IMG/VR virus record: IMGVR_UViG_3300032053_000034
Location: 17,376-81,375 of that record
DNA from: a virus
DNA length: 64,000 nucleotides
Direction: 5' to 3' (one strand)
Position 1 is the first letter of the stretch. Every line of letters starts with the position of its first letter. Made by a program: the position numbers and the translations under genes. Positions 23,901 to 32,536 of the stretch are shown in pieces. Under the pieces are notes generated by a model. The model was given only the letters and a program-made list of their open reading frames with translations. It was not told the DNA's origin and did no database searches.

Positions 23901-26900
23901 AGTGATAGATGAAAAAACTAATAAACCAAGACCTTTAAAAATACACACTGGAGAAAAACCATATTCTGAAGTAATTGTCCCGGTTAAGGATGCAGATTTC
24001 TACGGTCTTAAAATTGGTGATGAAATTCCAGAAGATATAATGCGCGCACTTGGAGTGAGGATTCCTACAGAATCTGCACACTCTGTTATTCCAATGAGAG
24101 TTGTTGCTTTGTTACCACCATATATGGGCTCTCAAATAATTGTGCCAAGTGAGTTTGTTCTTTATTCAGGGATGGATTTTGATATTGATGCGCTATATGT
24201 GAACATGACTGACTATGATAAAGAGTATACTCCAGAGGGTATTCTGTTTAATAAAGTTCAGTATGATAGGGGGCACAGTGGGATTAATGATGCAAGTCTA
24301 TTTATAGATTATGCTATTGAAATGCTTGAGAATGCTGGTATTAAAAACGCAAAAGAATATTACAACTCAGAAGTGCTTAAAACTGGATCTTTCAGTTTAA
24401 TGAATAACCCAACAGCCAAAAGAACTATTATGCAAGTTACTGGTCTGGGTGATGAAAGAAAGTACCCAGCAACATTTGCAGAATGGAAAGCAATGAAGAA
24501 TAAGGTAATATCATCAAGAGGGCTTAAGAATAAGCAACTTGACTTAAGACTTTCTTCATTTAATTCCATAACAAAAGATGGCACTAATCCTCAAATGGAA
24601 GCCGCCATTAAACCTGCGGATGTTGATGGCCTTACTTCTATTGGTAAACAGATTGCAAGGTTTATGGGAACTAGATTATTGTCTGGTTTAAATAATACTG
24701 TAACAGATACTTACCAACAACAGAAAGCTCAGAGAACAGGTAAGCCACTCATTGATGTGGCTATTGCTCAGGTTACAGGATTATCAATTGCATTGTCTTA
24801 CAGTAATAGTTTAACTCCTTCACAGGTGGCTAATATTGAATATGCCCCTGGGAAAAGAATCCCTACAAATGGAAAGACTATTTATGACCTTAAAATGGAT
24901 GCTGATAGTAATGGCAATATAGTATTCTATGGTAATGAATTAGGAGAAACTAGACTCAATGCTGGCTCTGCAGCTGCTGCAGCCATCCTTGATGATAGCA
25001 AGAATGCAACAAGCTTTAGTATGAATTACACCAAGAGAACATTGTCTGCTTCTTTTGGTGGATATTTACTTGGTATTGGGAGAATGATTACCGGGTTAAT
25101 GAATAATAACCCAATCATATTCTCTCTTGATTCACTTGATGATTCTGAGTTCAAAACTTATGAAGCTGACCTTGACTTTATAGCATTTGCCGCAGACACA
25201 CAACTTGGTAAGTTGTTGGTAAAAGGTGAAAATGGTGTAGAAAATCTGTATAAACTTTACAGGTCATATATGCCTATGGAGCAAAAAGCAATGATTGCTG
25301 ATCAAATAAAAGAAGCCAAAGATAAATTCCTAAGTAAGCCACTTAGCGCAGAGGCGGTGTATGCTTATATTGGGAATAACAACGGAAGAAATAACTTATC
25401 TTCTTATGGTTCTCCTTTAGATGTCCCTACATACACTCTTTCTCCAGAAGAGTTTAATGAGAGATATAATAAGCAAAAAGCTGGCTTACTTGTAAATAAT
25501 GTAGATTCTAATTTCGCAAAGAACCAATTACACATTCTTGATAACTTTAAAAAGCTTGAAAAACTTGGCGGAAATTTAACTTCTATTCAACAGGCATATA
25601 CAGTTCCTTTGAAGGGTTTTGATCAGAATAAAATAATCAACTTTGACAGAATGATTGCCAAAATTCCAAATGAATTTGGAGCTAAAGAATATCTCACAAA
25701 AGATACCTCATTGATTTCTGCTGTTAAGACTTTCTCTTCTGATTTATTTGACATGATGTCAAAAACAATCTTAAGATCTTCTGCTCTGTTTGAGCATATT
25801 GGTGATAGTTTATTTACATATTTACCAGGGATTGATGAGATTGCTGCTAAAGAAAGAGTATCAGATATTGTTGCTGAATACTTTGTATCTGAGGGTGCTA
25901 AAAATCTTGGGCTATTTGATGTAGATTTTGTTTCTTCATTAGGCTCTGAGGTTAAAAATAGAAATCACAGAAACAGAGTTGCAAGTAATGTATCAGAATT
26001 ATCTGACCATGCAATAAAAAGACTTTCTGTTGATCAGTATCTTGCCAACATGCTAAACAAAGAGGTTGAGGTTGCTTCAATGTTATTTGGGTATACTGGC
26101 TTTTCAATAGATGGAGCTATTGCTACTATCAAGGCTCAATACAACCCTGTAATTGGAAACAAATTCCTAGGCAAGCTTAAGGCAAATAAAACTGGAGAGT
26201 TATTCACAATAGATTCTAGCAGGCTTCTTTCAACAGATAAGTTTGAAGTGTCAAATGATTTTGTAAATCTTCCAGATAAATTAAAGGCGCTTGTATTCTC
26301 TCAGGCATACTATGAAGGGTTTTCTTTTGGCCCAACAAAAGTATCTAGCTTTATGCCAGCACAGGAGCTTGCTTCTCCAGATGTTGTAAAGTTGTTTAAG
26401 GATATTGATGATGCTGTTTTAAATATTAATGACCCTGAGAATTTCTCTGGCAAACTAAAAAACTTCAATGAAGAATTAAACATTGATGACTTTGCTCACA
26501 TGGTATTTAAAAGGTCAAGATGGTTATTCAAAGAGGTTAAGCCAGAAGCTATAGATAAATTCAACTTGTCTGATGATCCTAAGAAAAAGTTCTCATACAA
26601 GTATGTGTATGCAAAGCTTAATGATGAGGCTGTTCTTTATAAATTGACTGATGGAGATCCTGCAAAAGTAAATCCTGTAGTTCCAAACTATGAGAAGTCA
26701 TTATCAAAAATTCATAAAGCTAAGATTGAAAAACAGTCTTCTGATATTGTGAAAACTGATAGCTTTGCAAGTATTGCAGGAAGTAGGGATGTTGATGATA
26801 TAGCATATTTGGCTAATGACAATATTATTGTTGTTCTTGGTGTTGGAGATGGTGTTAAGCAAGAGGCATTCTTCATAAGTAAACCTAAGGTTGGCGCAAA

Positions 26901-27651
26901 AGGAAGTAGTGCTATTGTATTTTCTCATAACACAGAATTATACTCATCTGATGTTGTTACTAATGCTGATAGAGGTATATTTGACATAAACTCTATATCA
27001 AATGTTAGTGATGAATTTATTGTCATAAACAATGTGTTCAATAATAACATGGAGATAGGTGCTGGTGAATTTGTTACTGGTGTTAGTAAGGATTTTACTG
27101 CAAGAGCATCAAACAGAAAAGCAGCATCTAGTGCAGCTCTAAGAAGAGCTTCATTTAATACCATAAGTGCTGTTGACATGAAGTTAATGAAAATGCTTAA
27201 TAATGGAACATTAATTTCTGGCTATAGCAAGCTTGGCGTAATCATGTCTGATATTAGTGAGTTAAGACCTAAATTCTTTCACTCTCTTGATGAAAATATA
27301 TCAAAAATTAATGACTACTTGTCAATGATTAAAAGTAAGATAGAGGTTATTGTCAATGAAGGATCTGGCATTTCAGAGGATATTCTTAATGATATTATTA
27401 CAGATGCTAGGGAAAGTGTTTTTGATGAGGAAAGAAATATTGAATACTACTCATCAAGAATGCTGGAAGGGGTAAATAGTGCAAGATCAGAAAGAGGTCA
27501 AGATTTATTAACCCAAGATCAATTAGATGAGTATATTGAAAGTGAGTATGGCGAAGTTGGATTTACCGATATGATGAAACATAAAGATGTTTTACTTGAT
27601 AATCCATCATCAAAAGAATATAAAGATTTAACCTCCCAAATAGGCTGCTAA
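14926..27651 (+). CDS. Giant single-chain virion RNA polymerase with zincin-like metalloprotease domain
   Basis: 4241 aa. Catalytic GMDFDIDALY (DFDID at 24175-24189) preceded by RIPT; beta-like TDGQAY, YLKES and GKQQE motifs; HEAFH (19897-19911) plus downstream EEYMADQF is a zincin motif; Gly/Ala-rich hydrophobic helices near the N-terminus. Confidence 0.92.
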   Translation: MSGKTKEQESKERMEAAKQADASYRPTLDEGTSVSLEIDPDQNKLNAHETDDMRQQRLFDEQSTGEALLIGAENFGINAVSSFIGNTAGVVAGVHNAMTSGDATMNPLSEENIDEFINNPINKYLAEFSENFNKDNPVYSDPGNSTLFDDVASAKFFSDVIGSAGYTAGGMASALTVGKLGSAARQGLLKSAVTGSTKEFDEFLKSGIADPLIRENVKKAVINNTFKGATSLTGAAMGRAYESSIEASQAGKEASARMAESLKDRKDLSTEEKSRMTEQAKNSAQVTSFSLNMMLGYSDMTQSAKMFNTFGDGVENVSKWWKEGLNQFIQEGGEEYAQNRIQKIAVDNEFTSGTSNKILKSFSTLVEGVGDREAQLAALSGGLSGAPMGIYAGAKNYDKQQKIELENKELYAKLSSQLKPNEKIQLDKNLKYAELEEQKNNGRVVLSALNNLGQVSEEQSSVKIPNSEHTLGSLKELSIEDTVKYAYESEKLKKELEISIRSASNAQLSETVFAAIDSGNLENLKLELEAISKSSNEEISKVIGEEVTNDNKDKKLKAMSAKIDKAEKIYNSIKNNIAGASPQQQREAGMIATNLEFLSTMRMKELHSNPSSLDLSTIGIDTTLAEFQDKFNEDFLAIKDRNTFSRKDIEDSEEGSPLAAFKKRVENNPNKETFRDNVKIALEQDELSKKSFMANVIKAVDKHFGPGKQKEKAEEVATYTANLYIHDKLTKEINNQRVEYQKSMNALVWNKQKAAQEKKDAAQVKSIKKDIAKQPKTVDEILEDYSLSEAPSEVKTPRLAAAFETFFNLNKDRTNSFGVNFETKGILSAVIDDIAKAYKESAGDNSMTGSILLQKVIEKANLVDGNNYWKTQISPESTVAAEAMLSTLGDRQQRLANPKPSDGIGVTPMDLYIYAEQNKNNRNSVLGAVEKAENATYVEVKNARERLVRLRNKISKKVIISEKGLVWKDGQYVPAVISGSYPISPSQLITQDVKDRYVQEINEALRGLKNIESPEVIDEQAIKAVQFVIETFDAHPGTVDNPKPDQDEIKLAIAEYENMLLTGKKSAGAGDFFFEKIDGQKKEVSKISLPVYRDGNTGVSKDLYFDKADPMVALVYVKDDKKHTLSFNRTKYYTSPDKGQSITSPEMDSLLVLFKDTNAIALADAMDLSVARNFKYNYANESLGNQTKTLAELPGKFFVGGVPTVTAGTIVQNDGNVIFVNPIAPLIGSNGKTYNIPVQSTQLDISTVKELSKLVAGVTGHSQINRLRAIVESIYVKGLTTENMNGDILEQLKNAAFVGQMVSQFVNKNSKGFRYDVAILSAVNEMAAENPDFFVSQESGNKLIKQLENDVTQATDQIQEQLNKTFFNPFIKKEYINEMIKEAYGKVKTQIDEIFPNLEGVHLGINVAQEKDSDNATAKLVVIPYSLDKNRTFLEGEGEQETSNIQYYSSTIDGQKWIQAEYFLDATVGDPTSKKVTGLEAEGGDVVSGDTILSYLNKNGMLRNAVFLNVEASQNPSRDMIANAVSKVMSPVDINSPIAGKLRGKIKVKSDFNQPVDSAIATGEVDKEKSPEQSAAEEDLEDLLSSMMKVDTGSNKLRDKKNLSKARRWVSRNLPAGITMKDFDGFTQRAYSQKGVLGQYIDNMILLSNEAGGSVVYHEAFHAVLNALIPQAERSHFLAIAEDEIGPIKQVDLSEFRSQHESRKNLSFERLKDLYLEEYMADQFAEYKMTNDAKPWWKQLWDGIIEWLGFAKVSGSQIKNLFYKIDTGQFAKSSIISSNSNALLFKVINKDDGSQIPVSESDDIIKGFASYFQYTKGLTSKTASSFFKPENRDAIRESLVEFLDAHEEVFESAKQKRNSLPDTAAFDINVFNDLTSRASTIENIDTSSVNGIIDLMIKEKSSIFDITSVDINPIDEINEAEKATLNDFDASAGEFSITPETIAVKRLFSNMPIEDSVMKSGLNSLDISDNAKKLINNNILFARFNNGDAMYAQAMSTLSDSSTFEEYLSKLDAMVSYPEWTSIKDKIRKVNGEPTNFAHLLRKATNYYYVDSSFVKEGAKTSVSTTGLGSRALTSATIDIQQKINGGLSVQKLIDSVGNIGKILPLMRSGSPKASESFNNNRKTLSNNIRNIGITIDPGLISFLAASYTNNEVLDEKNNIIDALERYITSITSKYAEDPESITGKKVVSQITILPGIKKPFEDLVKITARYNTAAPLVSIDRFAGKSIWNYVRNNHIVSRAKAINNANDISDLTDTKATIAYAPYLRDVDLLKQGNKNEDVTGSIDKDRVSLHVFRGSEKEDGNDLAFKEMSPADILEAQINMFFHAGGTKRFFMPYVIERKNTQYVYGVESPYITLDDFGTASSTLFEDTSSEDSDFDYKVSNTTIDIYYQMFMANIDQAIENKDNKEEFYTYRNELQNIIKYLEPFKEDFIKDKDKAHKMYESNIRGVINTNLRKAFSDFFVMLQDEGIVRINNQTKPSAGENNPIPRYLPTEVTSLNEMTSFDKKGNHKEAIKDYLSFFLESMIANQSLDHITMGDDRQWNEYNTKRSAEDNSAAAKINKSKRMAGAAASYSGMDMYGQYKYSFGKKIKMSESEQMSFTALKISDTFSYVKGAETFKDVSGNMEFTGPNPEDKKAVAAFKAFQDKMSAEGYSEVAITDGQAYQDINRLRNWMISDNKIRNEKDEKLIDKIAMDNEELSKPDWEYILKNTNVHLNSIKDIYYDGDTYLKESTTLLLRQITSVKETAGIIKDSLEAMYAKSGNLQREFNFNGRDYVKDSANGHWYYSAPKEFMGAILDTRKLHERLNQMQRMGATHMFHESCEKHKMSKPGGVFVLSNDKHGKQQETPSGHDHVVDGTQLQSLIMAAISDTDMIDGKSAKHTKAEILAAQVAIREISFDKVFSDILLKSKNKEDKLNIRKLYAKIKQANLSTGKDVIAQLFDKVGDEYVPKSMNIVSRSLRDSIISIINNKVLKQSVFGDKFYCVSAYGFEVIDEKTNKPRPLKIHTGEKPYSEVIVPVKDADFYGLKIGDEIPEDIMRALGVRIPTESAHSVIPMRVVALLPPYMGSQIIVPSEFVLYSGMDFDIDALYVNMTDYDKEYTPEGILFNKVQYDRGHSGINDASLFIDYAIEMLENAGIKNAKEYYNSEVLKTGSFSLMNNPTAKRTIMQVTGLGDERKYPATFAEWKAMKNKVISSRGLKNKQLDLRLSSFNSITKDGTNPQMEAAIKPADVDGLTSIGKQIARFMGTRLLSGLNNTVTDTYQQQKAQRTGKPLIDVAIAQVTGLSIALSYSNSLTPSQVANIEYAPGKRIPTNGKTIYDLKMDADSNGNIVFYGNELGETRLNAGSAAAAAILDDSKNATSFSMNYTKRTLSASFGGYLLGIGRMITGLMNNNPIIFSLDSLDDSEFKTYEADLDFIAFAADTQLGKLLVKGENGVENLYKLYRSYMPMEQKAMIADQIKEAKDKFLSKPLSAEAVYAYIGNNNGRNNLSSYGSPLDVPTYTLSPEEFNERYNKQKAGLLVNNVDSNFAKNQLHILDNFKKLEKLGGNLTSIQQAYTVPLKGFDQNKIINFDRMIAKIPNEFGAKEYLTKDTSLISAVKTFSSDLFDMMSKTILRSSALFEHIGDSLFTYLPGIDEIAAKERVSDIVAEYFVSEGAKNLGLFDVDFVSSLGSEVKNRNHRNRVASNVSELSDHAIKRLSVDQYLANMLNKEVEVASMLFGYTGFSIDGAIATIKAQYNPVIGNKFLGKLKANKTGELFTIDSSRLLSTDKFEVSNDFVNLPDKLKALVFSQAYYEGFSFGPTKVSSFMPAQELASPDVVKLFKDIDDAVLNINDPENFSGKLKNFNEELNIDDFAHMVFKRSRWLFKEVKPEAIDKFNLSDDPKKKFSYKYVYAKLNDEAVLYKLTDGDPAKVNPVVPNYEKSLSKIHKAKIEKQSSDIVKTDSFASIAGSRDVDDIAYLANDNIIVVLGVGDGVKQEAFFISKPKVGAKGSSAIVFSHNTELYSSDVVTNADRGIFDINSISNVSDEFIVINNVFNNNMEIGAGEFVTGVSKDFTARASNRKAASSAALRRASFNTISAVDMKLMKMLNNGTLISGYSKLGVIMSDISELRPKFFHSLDENISKINDYLSMIKSKIEVIVNEGSGISEDILNDIITDARESVFDEERNIEYYSSRMLEGVNSARSERGQDLLTQDQLDEYIESEYGEVGFTDMMKHKDVLLDNPSSKEYKDLTSQIGC

Positions 27652-30600
27652 TGAAATGTATAGTCAAAGATGATTTATTCCGTTTTGCAGAAGCAAATGG
27701 TTTAAACTCACCAGATATTTATCAAAAGATTCTTGATAAGTATGAGGGAGTTCCTGATAATGTAGCCATTGAGGATCTCCAGAAAAAAATAAATGATCCT
27801 ATACTGAAGAATACCCTCTTCAGTATAGACTCATATATTGATAGCATTGTAAATACTAACAACCTAATTGAAGATAGTATTGAGTCATCAATATTAAAAA
27901 TACTTCCAGGTGATAATGTAGCAACTGCTTCTGCCCAAGGTATTGTAACCAAGAGTAGAAACAGTAATTCTATTGATGGCAAAACTACATTCTTTGCAAC
28001 AAAAGGTATTCCACTAAACATTCAATCTATTATTAAAATTAAGAATGGTCAAAAAACACTTACACTTAGAGACCCAAAAAAGAGTCATTATGGCTCTGAC
28101 CTTGTACAGCATATTAGTAATGGGATCATGGGTAATGGTGTTGGGACCAATTTTACAGCAAGATTTAAGTCCCCTCTTGAGAAAGAGATTGTCACAAAAA
28201 GCGGTACAAGAAAAGTACCTGTGCCAATGAATTTAAGAGAGTATTTATTATGGAGAGCATCCGTAGGCAGGCCTACAAGTGCCAATGCTATTCTTAAAGA
28301 GTTTGTTGGTAAGGCTGGTTTAAGCGAGAGTGGTGACAAAATTAATGACTCTTCAATGGAGGATATTTATGAAGAGGATATTAAGGATTGGTTTAAATAT
28401 CCAGACTCTCAGGAAAACAAAAGAATCATATATGAAGTTGAAGATGTAACTGCAGTTATTACAGAAAAGATTCTTGAGCCAAAAGAGGTGGATGCACAGA
28501 TTAAGCAGGTGCAAGAAGAATATAAAGGAAGCACTGTGCACTATCAAATCCTTGGATATGACATTCCTGGCGGTGTTCCAGAAAATCATGTGATTGCTAT
28601 TATGGAATCTTTAAAAGAGAGGTTTGGCATAGACTATGAAATTAACCCAAATCTTACTGATGAAATGGGAAATCCTTTACCTGGGATGATAAGTTATTCT
28701 GAAGGAGCTATTGGGAAAGTTTATATTAACCCAACTGTAGCAACTCTTGATACTCTGTTTCATGAGTATATTCACCCATTTGTAGATCTAATGGCTACAA
28801 ATAACCCTGCACTGTTTAATAGTTTGATTGAAGAAATTAAAACACTTTCAAATCCTCAATCAGAAAACCACAGTATTCATATGTCTAACATTGTTGATAG
28901 GGTAAAAAGAAACTATCCTAGCTATGTAAATGGTGAGGTGTTGAATATTAATGGATGGACAGAAGCGCTTGTACAGGCTCTTGGTGAGGAATCCCAAGAT
29001 GCATTCTTGGATACCAAGGAGGTAAATGAAGTTGGGCAGATTGTAAATACTGGTGATGTAAATACGCGCTTTAGAAGATTGTGTAGAGATTTTTGGGACA
29101 TGGTAAGCGCTGTGATTGACTTAATCACAACACCTTATGGCTATATGAAAAGTCTTTATGGCAACACAGAAAAGAGCATTGTAGTATCTGAGTTGCCGGT
29201 AATGACAATTAAGCAAATTGGGACCATTATTGGTGGGCTTGATAATAAAGTAAATATTATTGGAGTTGAATCACTAACAATTCCTGAAGCTGAAAAAACT
29301 AAAATTCAAATAATTGTAAATACAATTAATCAATCTCTTACTACAGTAATTGCTAGCTATAGAGCCAAAGAGAGAAGCGCAATTATGGGTGGTGGTGTTC
29401 AATCCTTGCAACATCTAAAGAGTGCGCTAATGTCAGCTGAGGCTGTCAAGGGAGCTGTTTCTTCTGTGTACTATGGCAACTCTCACTTTAAGGATATTGT
29501 AGATACATTTGAGAATAATTATAAAACAATGAATCTTAAGGATCAACTTGACTATTTAAGAGAAGTTGATATTATCATGAGAACTTTTGATCCACTCATG
29601 ACTATAGATCCAGATGTGTTTAATAAAATTGAGTTTGCTGGTAAAACAGAATTTATAAGAGCCTTGCTTTCTGTTCAAGATAAAATTGGAACAGTTAGCA
29701 GAATACTTAGAAGTAATGCACCAACAGCAATGAAGCAGTTTATTCATAACCACATGACTGCAGAAGAGCGCGCAAACTTTAATATTGATAAGGAACTTGG
29801 TAGTGGTGCAGACTTGAGTTTTCTTGAGTATGGATTGGGCTCTATGGCCTCTTCTCCTGACTTCATTATGGGCATAACTGATAGAATCAATACCCAAGCC
29901 TTACATGAGGATGGTGAGGAACTTTCTGCAGATATTGAAAGTTTTAGAGCTCTTATGAATGTGTTTTCTGACAAAGGAATTGACCCTATGTCTATACTTG
30001 CTGATGAGGATGAAAATGGAAAACAATTGCCATTTCTTGTTAGTCACATTGATAGAGCTTTCTATGACAAGAAGAATGAATTAAGTGATAAGCTTAAGGA
30101 TAATAATGGAGATAATAAGCAGTTTATTATTGCTGATACTCCAGAAGCCAAAGTATTTAACAAGCAACTAAAAGCTGATCAAGAGGAATATTTTAAATTT
30201 CTCAGGGAAAATACACACATAGATGAAAGTATAAATGTATCCATGAATATTGGAGGAGCCTACATTGATATTCCCCTTGATTCTTTTAGAGATACTGTTT
30301 TCTATTATGACCCTAATACTGGAAGTCTTCAGATTAGACCAGGATTTTCTGAGTCAGAAGTAAACAATATTATGGATGAATATTTCAATGGTAGAATTAA
30401 ATCCAAAGTGGATAATAATGGAAGATTTGCCGGAGTTACATATCCAATAATTCACAGAGAAGATGGGTCACAGGCATATATCTATGAGAACTTCTCTGTT
30501 AAAAGCAAATACACTGTTCCAAACCAAGATAAATGGCAGAACAAAAAGTTTGCTAAATTACATAGTGATCCACAGAAGCTAGAACTTTACAATAAGTATC

Positions 30601-32531
30601 AAGAGCTTCATGAGAAATATCTAAGCAAATTGCCATCAAGCATCTATGATAAAGATATGATGCCATTAATGAAGAAGGATGTTTCTTCTGCATTTTTTAG
30701 TTCTGAAGACAAAGCCGCTTTTATGGTGAATGGAACTAAGAATATGATTGAGGACTATGTTAGTAATATCTCTAAAAAGCAGATGATGATTAATGGGAAA
30801 CTTAATCCTGGTCTTCCATTAATGTTCTTGTCTAAGCCGTCTAAGAATAAACTAGAAAAGCTTGATGCTTTAAAAGAAAGATTAAGAATAGAAACAAACC
30901 CTGAAGAAATAGAAAAGATTACAAAAGTTATTGGCGAGCTAAATAATAAGATTGATTACTCAGAAATTGACTACTCATCTTTTGGCGACTCTTTCATCAA
31001 GTTTATGATGATGGCAAATAACTTTGAAGCAAAAGCCAAGATTGAATCTGCAATGATGGTAATGCAAAACCAGATACACAACAAAAAGGTATATGGCAAA
31101 ACACTTCTCAAGAATGAAGGTCTTATAACAACTGAAGGAGAGGAGAAGTATAAGTCAGCAGAAGATAGTAGGGTTGCCAAGAGGTTTGACGAATACTTGT
31201 ATGGAATATTTTATGGAGCAGCTCTATATGATGATTCCCCAGGTGCAGGTACTGTTGCAGAAACAGTAGTAAAAATTTCATCTATTACCGGGTTAGGATT
31301 AAATGCTAAGGCAGCAATTAATAACTCAATCATGGGTAATATAAATAATCTTACCGAAGCTTGTGGGGCTCTGTTTTATGGTAGAAGTGATTTGGCTAAA
31401 GCAAAAGCTGAATATACTGCGAACATATTTGATTTATTATCCACTGGTAGCGAGAGATGTGATTTGAAGATTCTTTTAGATAGTCTTGCAATATTTGAGC
31501 CTAATGGTTTAGATGGTAGATTTAAAGGAGTAAGCTCTAAAAGATTTAGTGATCTTTTAAAAACAGATTCATTATTCTTATTGGATAATACTGTTGAATA
31601 TGCAAATCAATCTCAAGTTATTATTGCAATGCTTGAGTCTCATAAGGTTGATGAATATGGCAGTGTTCTTTCTTATAATGACTATAAGAAGAAATATTCT
31701 GATGGAACAAAAGAGGACTTTAATGACCTTCCAACTCTTAGGTCTAAGATTACCATAGAGGATGGTAAAATGAAATATGATATTAGCAAGCTTGAACTTG
31801 AACTATGGAAACAAAGAACCAAAGGTGTTATTCAATTAATACATGGTAGATATAATATTGAAGATTCTGCATGGATTCAGAGATATTGGATTGGTAAAAT
31901 GCTTTTGCAATATAAGAGATGGCTTGGCGCCACTGTTGAAGAGAGATTCAAGAGAAAGTATTATGATGTAAGATTAAGAGAGGATATGGAGGGTAGGTAT
32001 AGAACATTTGGTAGATACTTGTTTCAAAAAGCACAACAAGCTATGGGGAAACAAGTAGAAGCAATGAGCTGGGATACCATGTCTGAAATGGAGAAAGGTA
32101 ATGTAATAAAATCTGCAACAGACATTATAATATATGCAGCATTAAGCACTTTGATTGGACTTGCTGGTGTTTTAATGAAAGGCGCTAAAGATGATGATGA
32201 CAAAAAGAAATATGCAGCAATAAACTTTGCAAAATATTATATGGGTAGAGCAAGACAAGAAGTAACTTCACTTGTAAATCCAGTAGAATTATACAATCTT
32301 GCGACAAATCCGTTTGCTTCTTCTAGGACTATCAAAGAGTATGGCGAAGCAATACATGCTCTTGGTGAAGCTGCAATTAGTGATGATGAAATTACTGTTA
32401 AGTCTGGTAAATATAAAGGTCAAAACAAGGCAGCAAAAGAAGTTATTGATGTTGCTCCAATATGGGGGCAGGTCAGATGGTTTGATAAACTATTTGACTA
32501 TGAAGCCAATTCTTACACAGGTAAAAGATAA
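27651..32531 (+). CDS. Large virion cargo protein with zincin domain and possible ASCH-like motif
   Basis: 1626 aa; TLFHEYIHPF (HEYIH at 28761-28775) plus EALVQALG; IKNGQKTLTLR; C-terminal LQYKRW..EGRYRT and a hydrophobic helix IIIYAALSTLIGLAGVLM. Confidence 0.75.
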   Translation: MKCIVKDDLFRFAEANGLNSPDIYQKILDKYEGVPDNVAIEDLQKKINDPILKNTLFSIDSYIDSIVNTNNLIEDSIESSILKILPGDNVATASAQGIVTKSRNSNSIDGKTTFFATKGIPLNIQSIIKIKNGQKTLTLRDPKKSHYGSDLVQHISNGIMGNGVGTNFTARFKSPLEKEIVTKSGTRKVPVPMNLREYLLWRASVGRPTSANAILKEFVGKAGLSESGDKINDSSMEDIYEEDIKDWFKYPDSQENKRIIYEVEDVTAVITEKILEPKEVDAQIKQVQEEYKGSTVHYQILGYDIPGGVPENHVIAIMESLKERFGIDYEINPNLTDEMGNPLPGMISYSEGAIGKVYINPTVATLDTLFHEYIHPFVDLMATNNPALFNSLIEEIKTLSNPQSENHSIHMSNIVDRVKRNYPSYVNGEVLNINGWTEALVQALGEESQDAFLDTKEVNEVGQIVNTGDVNTRFRRLCRDFWDMVSAVIDLITTPYGYMKSLYGNTEKSIVVSELPVMTIKQIGTIIGGLDNKVNIIGVESLTIPEAEKTKIQIIVNTINQSLTTVIASYRAKERSAIMGGGVQSLQHLKSALMSAEAVKGAVSSVYYGNSHFKDIVDTFENNYKTMNLKDQLDYLREVDIIMRTFDPLMTIDPDVFNKIEFAGKTEFIRALLSVQDKIGTVSRILRSNAPTAMKQFIHNHMTAEERANFNIDKELGSGADLSFLEYGLGSMASSPDFIMGITDRINTQALHEDGEELSADIESFRALMNVFSDKGIDPMSILADEDENGKQLPFLVSHIDRAFYDKKNELSDKLKDNNGDNKQFIIADTPEAKVFNKQLKADQEEYFKFLRENTHIDESINVSMNIGGAYIDIPLDSFRDTVFYYDPNTGSLQIRPGFSESEVNNIMDEYFNGRIKSKVDNNGRFAGVTYPIIHREDGSQAYIYENFSVKSKYTVPNQDKWQNKKFAKLHSDPQKLELYNKYQELHEKYLSKLPSSIYDKDMMPLMKKDVSSAFFSSEDKAAFMVNGTKNMIEDYVSNISKKQMMINGKLNPGLPLMFLSKPSKNKLEKLDALKERLRIETNPEEIEKITKVIGELNNKIDYSEIDYSSFGDSFIKFMMMANNFEAKAKIESAMMVMQNQIHNKKVYGKTLLKNEGLITTEGEEKYKSAEDSRVAKRFDEYLYGIFYGAALYDDSPGAGTVAETVVKISSITGLGLNAKAAINNSIMGNINNLTEACGALFYGRSDLAKAKAEYTANIFDLLSTGSERCDLKILLDSLAIFEPNGLDGRFKGVSSKRFSDLLKTDSLFLLDNTVEYANQSQVIIAMLESHKVDEYGSVLSYNDYKKKYSDGTKEDFNDLPTLRSKITIEDGKMKYDISKLELELWKQRTKGVIQLIHGRYNIEDSAWIQRYWIGKMLLQYKRWLGATVEERFKRKYYDVRLREDMEGRYRTFGRYLFQKAQQAMGKQVEAMSWDTMSEMEKGNVIKSATDIIIYAALSTLIGLAGVLMKGAKDDDDKKKYAAINFAKYYMGRARQEVTSLVNPVELYNLATNPFASSRTIKEYGEAIHALGEAAISDDEITVKSGKYKGQNKAAKEVIDVAPIWGQVRWFDKLFDYEANSYTGKR

Positions 32532-32536
32532 AAATC

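Noticed and set aside
14926-27651. Introns or inteins in the RNAP, MCP or helicase genes
   Set aside because: Frames are uninterrupted and no LAGLIDADG/HNH or intein splice motifs were recognised by eye.
14926-32531. Numerous short antisense or alternate-frame ORFs within the giant genes (e.g. 20361..20894)
   Set aside because: Shadow ORFs of codon-biased long genes, with no motifs or independent signals.
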